20,156 nucleotides of DNA from Eremomyces bilateralis CBS 781.70 (lineage: Eukaryota): assembly GCA_010015585.1 (NCBI GenBank), contig ML975172.1, one strand, 5' to 3'. A program made the position numbers and the translations under genes. Positions 10,411 to 20,156 of this stretch are shown here, piece after piece. A model generated the notes under the pieces. It saw nothing but the letters and a program-made list of their open reading frames with translations. It was not told where the DNA came from and did not search any database. The first letter of the stretch is position 1. The number at the start of each line of letters is the position of its first letter.

Positions 10411-13400
10411 TCACACAACTAGAAAATCCCTCAGCTCCCCATTAATTCTCTCCATCTCCCGACCGATACGTTCGACTTCTGAAGACACTTGTCTCTGCAA
10501 CTCGGGATATCGTTCTCCTTCCACCGCCGCATTTTCATTCCTCAACATATCCAGATCCGCCTGCACCGCATCCAGATTGGAAGCAACGACTTCTTGAATT
10601 CTCCTTTCTAGGTCATCTACCCACCAGTAAAATTTTTCACTGCAACGCTTTCGGAGCTCTATGAATAGCTCTCCATCACCAAAGCGGCGACTGATGATAT
10701 CCTTGCGCCGTCCATGACTACCGCGTCCTGTTGAATCCATAAGCGATGCGAGATAGAGGTTGAGAGAATGCGGATGAACAGACCTCCTTCGAGATTGCAG
10801 CTTCGGTAGGATCCTTCCATAAGCTCGCCAATAATGGAGCTACGTATCCCGGTGAAAGTGTCTCTTTCGATTTGTCTACTCGATGTTAGTAATTGAAAGC
10901 CGTTTAGATCCAAGCTCCCATACCGAAGATCGTCCTCAAATGACTCTTGTGTCCGTTCTACTTCATCAAGAAGGAGACCACGTCTATGTTGGAGCGTGCC
11001 ACCCAAGGTTCTTATCGTGTTGACTGGGATAGCGGTGGTGGTAGCTGAGTAGCGGTTAGCTATGAGCGAGCAGTGTAATAAAAGAAAGTTTGACATACAT
11101 AGGGACTGGAGTATGGTATCCAAAGTCTCTCCAATCAGACTACAATCCTGAACATTCTGATCTTCGAGACCTTGGCATAGTCTATCCCAATGCTCGGCCA
11201 TAGTAGTTACCATCGCCTGCATCGCCTCGTCATTCCAACAGCGAGATCCAACCTTTTCCGTAGAGTGATCCCCGTAATTTCGGCAAAAGGCTGCATAGGT
11301 ACCTTCGTCATAGTTAGAATGTATTGCAAGGCGGGTGGAGATTGGTGTTACTGTGATGCCACTGTCACTTGTTAGTCTTCATTGCGTCTACTAATATCAC
11401 TGTGAAATGCTAGTACTAACCTCATTCCAGTCGAGACTGGCGGCTTTAGCAGCGAGGGTCCATGGGTAGCTCTGGACTCCTGTAACGAATAAGCTTCAAA
11501 GCATAACTGACCGGAGTAGCTCACGAACTCATGTTTCGAGGTATAAGCTCTTTAAATGTTCTCTTCCTGATCATTACGTTTTTGCTTAAGCCCGAGCCTG
11601 GCATCGTGAGCTTATGCGGATTTTAGATTAGCTAACATGCGGCACTTCGAGCCAGTCAGTGTACTTACAACCAGGAGTTGCTTGTCGACATCATCGATCA
11701 GATTGCGGATAGCTTCTTTTCGTCCAGCGTCAATACCTCCCGCACCGGATTGAACCCATAGCTCAATAGACCCGAGCAGTGCTGGAATCTCATGTTCGAT
11801 GTATCCTTTTGCAGCACGGAGCTGACTTTGCGCAACAATGGAGATACAATGTTTCCGAATTCCGGGAATGCCGCTTAGGTCCATGTATGGCTGGGCCTTC
11901 TCCCGTGGTTTCTTTCGAAAGTTCCAATAGTCCGTGTTGCTTACGCAAAACGTGGTTAACTCGATGTTAGGGAATTTTCCATTGTATTCCTCAGTCAGTT
12001 TCCGCATGACATTACGACTTCGGGTTGTCATGAGATGCGATTTCAGCCTAGTGCAGCAATCAGTGGGCGTCCATACATCGTTGGGCAATACACCTACTGG
12101 AACTTATGGCGTTCCTCCGATGCCCTGAAATGACACAAATATGTGAGCAGAACCTTTAGACAATAAGTAGTATGTGACTCACTCGAAGGATTTCTTGTCG
12201 TTTTTGAGCTGCCAATACTCCTTGCTGTCTTCACCATCCATTTCCTCAGGGTTATCGCCTTCAATATCTTCAAGCTCACTGTTAGTGTGACTGATTCGGT
12301 CGCGATCGGTTTGAAGCTCTTCCATCAATCCATTGAGAGTTGTTCCGTCTTCACCACGCCAATCGCGCCTCGCCTCATCTGCTCGAATATCCTGTCGCTT
12401 ATCAGTGCACGGCTACAATATCCGATGAAGTTGAGCCGAGGGATAATCCAATAGGGATAGAGAACACGTACATCGGCCTGTGTACAAATTATTCCGATAT
12501 TCCTCAAGTTAACTCTTCGGGCAAGCTGGAGTACATCCCGCACACCAACATCAGTCGTGGCACGACCGATCTTGCAGACGGCAAAGATCTCGTCACAATT
12601 CAGCATGTAACGTTCGGTGACTTTCGTTCGAGCTGAATTGATGTCCCTTAGGCCTGGAACTGGGATCAGTATATAGTTGAGAACGAACGTTTTTCGGATT
12701 TTGGGAGGACTACTCACCAGGAAGATCGGCTAAGATAAGACCTTTACTCAGGATGTATGCTTTCAAATAGATGCTGTTGCCATTAGCGCTAACCCCGCAA
12801 ACGTTAGACTTTGGCACATACCTAATCTTGCAAATGAATGGCCATGCTCCTCCATCCCGTTCGGAGCTCGAAGTCAGCTCCATCAATCGCGTGGAGCACG
12901 CTTCAGCAGTGGTAGCCATATGTCTCCTTTGGGCATTGACATCTCCGTCACGCAGGGGGGTATCCAACTCCTTAGCCCAATCAAGAAGCCTATTCAGGGG
13001 TGTTGCCATTGGCTCATCCAAGAGAAACCCTTCATTTCGCCTCAGACGAGTCCCAAATGCAGCCCGGAAGGTGTCTCGAGCAAGGGCAGCGTGTTCCCTG
13101 AAACCCTCGCCCCCGTCCTCAGGATCAGACTGGTCGCGGAGATGGTATCTCCGATAGCCATCTAGCAGGTCACGGAATTGGTCGGTAATCTCAGCCTCGT
13201 TGAAGTAGTCCACCACGATAATGAAATCATCTCGATTGTGGTGGTGGAACTCGGTCACTACGCATGTACACGCAGCGCCGCTGTTGCTCTATCGTAATGG
13301 TCAGCATCGCAAGTCAAGCAAGGTTGGGAGAACAATATCGCTACTGACAGTCTTGGCCAAACCTTTGATATCCAACAGCGTATTCAGGAGACTACTCTTG

Positions 13401-14388
13401 CCTAGAAAAGATATGATTATTGGCACATTCGTAAAGACACGGAAGGGTACTCACCTGCCCCCGAGTCTCCAATGAGGCCGACTGTACGGGTTGAGGGACA
13501 TTCAAATGCACTCAAGTTCTGTGCACGCTCATAGAGACTAGCGAATTTCGACCCCGACTCAGTATGTAATGGTAACTGCCGCAACACCGATACCAAACCA
13601 GCGACGAGTCCCTTCGCGTCTTTATATCCACGCTGGAAGTCCTGACGATGGAAGGGCTCCTCTGGAGGCTGTTCATCTTCGACCCTATAAGGGTCCTCGT
13701 TTATACGAGAACTAGATCGCCGTCGAGATCCTGACCGTCGACGCCTGGTCGAATCAGGAGTCGTACTCTCTGGGCTCAGCGAGTTGCGAGGGGTGCTGGG
13801 CGTTGGAGTTGGGAAATTGCGTTGTGACCCACTTGACCTTATCCCCAAGTTTTGCATCCGGCCCGCAATGCTGCTTGTGGAGGATCCTGGGTTTTGCTGG
13901 TGGTCGGCCGCATGACTTATTTCAGCTAGGGACAGTGTTTGGAACCCTCCTGCAATAGAGCCGGTGCTCCCCTGACGAGTTGGAGTAGCATTTTCGAATA
14001 AGTTCAGAGCACGAGTGCGTTCCGTTAGGCCATCTGTTGTAGAGCTTGGCATCGGGCTTCCCCTACTTGGTGAAGCCGATGACGAAGTCCCCGTTCCATA
14101 TTCCACCACAGGGGGCGGACTAACGGAGAATGAAGGGGTACGAGAGTGAACGGCGGGGCTGCTATGACTCGATGATGTCTCTTGGTCTCGTTCAGTGGAA
14201 GGAAGAGGCGTGTCTTTCCCGAAAGGAAATGGAGCTGTGGACGAATAGCTAGTAAATAGTCCAGAACGTGGTGTACTTGGATTGATCAATGGGCGACTCG
14301 ATGGACTCTGGGTCGGCTCGGATGTGGATAGCGATAAATCAGGGTCCATTGTAGTAGTTAGGCTGAATGATAAATTAGTCCCGTTCAT
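10411..14388 (-). CDS. Large dynamin-superfamily GTPase (Dynamin_N-type G domain; fungal SLIP-GC/NUGGC-like family), multi-exon, with a long S/T/P-rich N-terminus and helical C-terminal stalk
   Basis: After splicing introns 13402-13454, 13289-13348, 12774-12821 and 12654-12717: G1 GLIGDSGAGKSSLLNTLL, G2 region GAACTCVVTEF, G3 LILADLPGLRD and G4-like ICTQAD. Downstream exons carry LSGIPGIRKHC and a coiled-coil C-terminus ending at TGA 10411-10413. The start is 14388 or 14349. Exon boundaries below about 12500 are only partly resolved. Confidence 0.85.
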
Positions 14389-15216
14389 ATCCCTCTTATT
14401 CTCTTGTGGTCATACTTACTCGCGTCACAATGCCAGACAAGACACCGACCGCTTGACTCAAATATCACCAGACTAGGACTTTCAAGAAACACGACTCGCT
14501 AGTTGAATGAGCAAATAGAAACGCAAACGGAAAATAACAGACCTCAAAATATTTATGAGGAACTACGAGGAAAATAGACGTATATATTACTTGACCCCGC
14601 AATGAAGGATGCGTAGGATCGAAACGGAGATGTAACAGAACATTGCGGCACAGCAGCCAGATCACCCAGATGAATGGATGGCGGCGCTTATCGCGACATT
14701 CGGTTAATAGCTTCTGACCAAAACGTTTCATTGATCTCTTTCTCAATCATATTTATTGCACACTAGCTTATTTAGTAATATTTCAGGTATCAGAAGTGTA
14801 TCACCACTATACGGATCTTGATCCGAGTTGTGGTGATTGTTCGTCAAAACATCAATTCATTATGCGCGATATCGAAACAAGGCCTCAGGCATAAAAGGAG
14901 AACAACAATGATGACAGGCATTGCACTCAAAAGGTGAATCCATCTCTCCATAGCTTGCGACAAGGACGACAGTTGCAAAGAAAAATGTTTTAACGGACAT
15001 GCGTGCTTGAGCTTTCAGGTCTTGGCATGATAAGCACTGCGAAAAGCCACAGCACGATGTTGCAGAGGCAGAGGGAGAGGCCTCTGGGCAAGTGCTCTCA
15101 CGGAAGATTAGGAGGAACTGCTGTCAAAAATAGCGAGTGTAAACTCTGGGCGTACGTGTATCTCTGCCTCCTGATGATTCAAGAGTAGAGATGACATAGG
15201 TAGTATACTAAGAGAA

Positions 15217-17017
15217 TCACTTCTCCCTTTTGGTCCAGACTAGCTTCAGTTCCGCACAATTGGTTGTGAAAACATCCTCGCTATCGTTTAGAAGCGTGGA
15301 TCCATCTTCACCATCCGCAAATGTAACATCGAACTCGAGCACCAACTTCGAGATGACTGTTCTCAGCTCGTTCAGAGCCAGCTGCTTGCCAATGCAACCG
15401 AACTTCCCATTCGAGAAGGGCAAGAAGGCATCTTTCTTGAGGACAAGCTCAGGCTGTGTGCTCCAACGCTCTGGGATAAATTCGTTGGGATTGACATAGG
15501 CGCGTGGTGCTAAAAGAATGTTAGCATTACAAACACTGTGACAATGTCATTGTGGGAGTTACGCTTACAGCGATGGACGGAATAGATAGGTATGATAACA
15601 TTCACACCAGCGGGAAGCTGCTGTCCGTTGATCGTTGCCCCTTCAGCACCAGTTTGACGGTAGAGGCCACCTGAAACAGGGGGATGTAGACGGAGAGTCT
15701 CGTTAATCACGCCATTGAGATATGGGAGATATTGAAGCGCCGTGATATTCAACGAGTCATTGTTCTCGACCTTGTGCTCGTTGAGTTCTGCACGCAACTT
15801 TGCCACCAGTGTTGGATCTCGCGAGAGGTGGTAGAAGCAGTGCGTAAACGTCGCGGAAGTGGTGTCGCTGCCGGCAACGATTAGTAACCGGGAATCGCCC
15901 ATCAAAAGGTCTCTTTCTAGATTTGGGTCGTCGAAGAAATTGCCGGCCTCGAAGATATGAGACATAACGTCGGGTTCCTTGGGTTCGTATTTCTGTGCTT
16001 CAGTTAGCGCCCGTAAAGATGTCTTGGACTTCCTTACGTACCTTTCTTTCCTCAACACATTTATCACTGTACAGGAGTAAACGTCCCTGTGGGTTCATGG
16101 ACTTTGGTATCAACTTGATTATGACATGGACAATCCACCCTGCTGCACCAGTTACCCCCAGAATTCGTGGGGAATCGCGCACCATATCAATGTAGAAATG
16201 CGACTTCCCCGTTGCGAGCGCATTGAAGGACCGCCCGAATGCCAGATCGCCTAAACCGGGTCAGTTAACTCAGCACCAAACTTGAGGCGAAGGGGGACCA
16301 ACCCATAAAATCAAAAGCAAAGTAGCCTAACCACTTCGAAGCGTTGACGACCTGTCCAGATCTTTCTGCAATTTGGTCCACCAGTTGATCCGCATAATGA
16401 ATGATCCTGGAGTCGTATCCTCGTAGGGACTTCGTTGTGAAAGCCTTGTCCCATCCATGGCGTCGTCGTTGGTCATGGAGGCGTTTATCCCGCATCTGAT
16501 GGATACTCGTCATCGGCTTGCCACCGTCATACCACTCTGCTTTCTCGAAGGTTGACTGGGCGCCGTGCACTGGCATTACCATATCGGGATCGGAGATGGA
16601 GAGGAGATTAGGGCCGATGCGAACATATTCTCCGTGCTTAGCGTGCAGGCGGTCACGCTGTCGAAAGTGGTCAAGCTTCTTAGCAGCCCACAATATAGGG
16701 ACGAATTGCGATACTCTGGACGCGACTGGACCAGGAAAGTTCCGAAGAGGGTGGAAAAACAGTCGATAGATGCCGATACTGGTGAACAACGCAGCGAAAA
16801 AGGAGCCATAGCTGACAGCCAGGGTCACGATGGCCGCAGACAAAGTGAACTCAAAGTACTGAACAAGGGCGACGATGATAAGAGGAGGTCCACATGCGGT
16901 AGAAACGACATATGATGGAGCATGTAGGATATGGTCACCATGAATGAACCAAGCCAGATGAGACGAGACTCCAAGAAGTCCCGATGCAAGGGCAACAAAA
17001 TTCAAGGAGAACTCCAT
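15217..17017 (-). CDS. Cytochrome P450 monooxygenase; complement(join(15217..15509,15569..15992,16042..16250,16303..17017)), 546 aa
   Basis: N-terminal transmembrane segments, FFHPLRNFPGP, YVRIGPN, I-helix AGSDTT, K-helix ETLRLHPP, PERW and heme loop FSNGKFGCIG. Three GT..AG introns keep frame (1641 nt). CYP family and substrate are not assignable without a search. Confidence 0.96.
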
Positions 17018-18328
17018 GGTTTCGGTGGAAAAATCCGAAGGAACAAGCAGCCCTTCGTTATGTTTGTCAACGAGAAAAGGTAAAGATAATATTGAAAAGT
17101 CTGGCACCAAGTTGGGGTTGCAAATGGAGCATCCAATTGATATCGACTATCAAATGTTCACTTTTCATGCATCGATTGCTGACCGATGACTGGGGGTAAT
17201 GAGGCACTTTAAGTGTTGATCAACCGTTAGGAGTTAACCCTACCGAAATCATGCTGTACCTTGTAGCAGTTACAACCTACAACAGATGTAACCTCATCAG
17301 CGCCTCCGGAGAAATGTGGATCCAATTCTGAGGACATGTCAGATCTACTTTGATATTTGGGGAGTACCGCAACGTACATAGACTGCAAGGGCTGATGATG
17401 CCGTAATACAGTAGCTGAGAATCGGCGGCGTAGAGTGAACCTTGATCAGTTCTTTACTATGTAGGTAAAGATACTCCAACCAATCCGCTTAATATAATTA
17501 CTCTCTTTGTGGTACATGGATGATTAGGGAATGGGGGCCTAACTAGGTAATACGGAGTCCTATCCTCCAATTGGTTGTCTTCGAAACTTTGAGGTTTGTT
17601 CTACTCCATCGATTCTCAAATATGCGTCAGCCCTTCCGGACAAACTTTGGCATCCCCTACGTAGTCGGTAGTATACGCGGGGGAGGTGGGGACGGAATTG
17701 ACCGCGATGCGCACCCGGCCAACTGCAAGGGAAGGTCAAATAGGAAGCGTGATCGGAAAGCATAGGTAGTCGTTAAAACGTAAAGTTCGAGAAAAGACTC
17801 AAACATGTCGGCAAACTTGGAAAAATCGAGAATAATGTCGGATTGGTGGCTGACGGTCGATGGAGTTCTTGGACGACGATGTTCCAAGCATACCAAATGG
17901 TATCCATATGCCGAGGATTCAGTCACCGTAAGCCCTCTATCCAGTGGCGATCATGATATCAGTGCAGTGCTGACGCCTAACAGGAATCAGAATTCGACCA
18001 AGTGTCAAGTACTCAGCCTTACTCCGCTATGATGTGCAGACTACAGTAGGATGTACTATCAACTATGGTAGGATTTTCTGGACGAGTCGGGGGGCCTGGG
18101 CCATCCTAAACGATTGGGTTAACCCCTTGGAGAGTTGGAGTACTACTACGTATGTACGGAATACTGTGGAGTGTTACCTGCATTCATGTTGACCAAGATG
18201 GGCAAGAACGTCACAAGACAAGAAGGAGAGTCCCGCTCCGCATGTACCAGTAAGCACTTAACTGAATCCATGTAGTAGGTAGTTCCCCACATGGGCCTCG
18301 CAGAGAGGCCTGACGGGGGGCGTATGAA

Positions 18329-18340
18329 TCTCTCTCTCTC
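18329..18340. repeat. Short (TC)6 microsatellite
   Basis: TCTCTCTCTCTC, 10 nt outside the putative transposon end. Confidence 0.6.
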
Positions 18341-18352
18341 TGAATCCATTTA

Positions 18353-18390
18353 AGTAACCGTGCCCCATGACCGCCCCATGACCGCCTCAC
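18353..18390. repeat. Probable terminal inverted repeat (3' end) of the pogo/Fot1 element, with internal direct repeat GCCCCATGACC x2 (18362-18383), preceded by TA (18351-18352)
   Basis: Lies about 90-120 nt past the transposase stop. A TA target dinucleotide and internal direct repeats are typical of fungal Fot1/Pot TIRs. No partner TIR is visible in the window. Confidence 0.55.
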
Positions 18391-20095
18391 ACGGCCACAC
18401 CTTCCGGTGTAGGTGCTCCCACCCCAAATCATCATTTCGAATCAAATCATCAATTTTGAGGCTGTCGACTATCTGCTAGATTTCTGGTAACAGATCAATG
18501 AAAAACCCTAAGTTTTCCGTCTCATCAGCTGTATCCCGGGTCGTATATGCCTCTGTAGATTTTTCTGCCCGCTTTCCCCGTTTCCAATCGCGTTGTATCT
18601 TCCTACTAAGGGCTGCTCGCTCCTCCGCGCCCCTTGCCTCGATATGGCGCTTTGCCTGAGCAACTTCGACTGCACCCGTATGACCGAGGGGGAGTTTGAC
18701 CTGTCGGCGGCTCTTCTGCTTCTTGTCCTTCCTTTGGTGGCGTTGGATGGTATTCACGACACCCTTGAGCTCTTCGAGCAACTCGATTGACTCGATATTG
18801 GCCTGGGTTGCTTGGCGGATTCGACGTTAGAGTTTCTGACTTGAGAGTATTACCTCGGGCGTATTGAGAATATTTTCCTGTCTCCGGCGTGCCGTACGAA
18901 TAGTATTAGGTGGAGTTATATCAGGCGTCGCCGTAATACTTGAGGTTTGTGGCGGTGGAGACCCACGGTAGATTTGAAGCTCCGACTCCATATCTTGGTC
19001 CAGATTGACTCGGTGTGTAAGAGTTGACAAGACGATCTCCGGATCTAATGGCCAAAGACCTCTGTTTTTGAATGAGTGTCGAATCGTACGTCCCTTGAAG
19101 GCGTCTTTACGGATTTTCGGCATCTCTTCGAGAAATGAAGCCTTATCAGCCGCTGAGAATCCCTACCTCGAAATCTGTGTATTTGACCGCCGGAAATAGT
19201 GCTTTAACGCAAGAAACGGCTTGCCGTCAAGAGGCTGAAGGAAGTGGGTTGTATGAGGAGGAAACGGAAACAGAATAATATCAACCCCGTGGCAGAATTC
19301 GACGAAATCACGCGTAAGATGCGAGCCGTGGTTATCCATAAGGAGAAGTCGTTTTTCCCCTTGAGCCACCCGATTCTGAGTATGCTCATGGAAATGCTGG
19401 ATCCAATCGAAGGCAATAAGGTCATTTGACCATCCCGAAGTAGAGACGTTGATACGCCAGTCGTCCGGGACTCGGATATCTTTATACCACCGCTCAAGAT
19501 GATTCTCGCCCTTCAAGATAAAATACGGCGGAAGAACGAAGCCGTCGGCCGCTATACACTCGATATCCGTAACTAATTCGCCTGTTTCTGTACTCGCACT
19601 GCCTCGGTTTGCTCCCGGTTGGAAACTGACTACCTTTTGACGTTTCCCTTCGCCTAAACGGAAGCCGCTTTCGTCGAAGTTATATATATTCTTTCGTTCG
19701 ATCTTATGCTCTTCGATCTGCCGTTCAGGGAGAAGAAACCAATGCCGAATATACCCAAGGTCCTCGGAATAGAGGCGGTCGTCTTTGATTGGCTTTTGAT
19801 CGATAAGAGGAAGAGAATGGCGTTTAATGAAGTTGTATTTCTATCCTTTACCGACGCGTTGAGGCGCGTCGGCCTCGTTTGGGCTATTCCGGCGGAGGAT
19901 CGAGTTGGCGCAGTTCTCAATTTCCGCTAGGTTAGGAGGCGCTCCCCAATTATCGAGTAGGTTAATCCAATCGAGCAGAGCTTTCTCTTGAGACTTATCG
20001 AGCTTCGTGTTCTGTAGATATGGGTTGCGGTCGGCGTAGGAGGTCCGTTTCCCTTCGAGTCTGTTGTGAAGACGACAAAAGTAGAAGACTGATTA
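18353..20095 (-). mobile_element. pogo/Fot1-like DD35D DNA transposon with inactivated transposase (reading frame 18476..20092, three premature stops, 5' end missing)
   Basis: One frame runs RLHNRLEG..QEKALLDWINLLDNWGAPP..ANSIL..VGKG*KYNFIKRH (CENP-B-type HTH), NIYNFDESGF, IECIAADG, SGWSNDLIAFDWI, LLLMDNHGSH and PPHTTHFLQPLDG (35 residues between the last two D), then GLWPLDP. Stops at 19841-19843, 19163-19165 and 18827-18829. Confidence 0.95.
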
Positions 20096-20156
20096 TATTG
20101 ATTGATTTCTATGGAGCCTAACTAGTTGGGGATGTCTAGATACAGATGGTTGATCA

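Noticed and set aside
17560..18032. Short ORFs upstream of the P450
   Set aside because: No motifs and no coherent exon structure.
4200..18350. Idea that the block is Starship cargo or a secondary-metabolite cluster (MFS plus P450)
   Set aside because: No tyrosine-recombinase captain, element boundary, PKS/NRPS/terpene synthase or cluster regulator is visible. It cannot be excluded without flanking sequence.
1..20156. CRISPR arrays, rRNA and prokaryotic operon signals
   Set aside because: None seen; the gene structure is clearly eukaryotic.

Overview
Eukaryotic, intron-rich DNA from a filamentous ascomycete: short 46-72 nt spliceosomal introns with CTRAC/CTAAT branch points and an intron-containing tRNA. 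From left to right: a Dal5/allantoate-permease-type MFS transporter (-, with one GC-AG intron); an uncharacterised 3-exon gene (+) whose spliced product carries a zinc-deaminase-like CAE...PCxxxC signature; a heavily deleted pogo/Fot1 transposase relic (-); a 7-exon orphan gene (-) combining a short fungal RPT...PETL...LPW module with a beta-pore-former-like hairpin; tRNA-Phe(GAA) (-); a large dynamin-superfamily, SLIP-GC/NUGGC-like GTPase (-); a cytochrome P450 (-); and a second pogo/Fot1 DD35D element whose in-frame stops look like RIP mutations. The most interesting signal is the transposon-littered middle block (about 4.3-14.4 kb), where a putative deaminase, a putative pore-forming protein and a large GTPase sit together as a candidate conflict/defence island. 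All family assignments come from motif recognition by eye, not from database searches.
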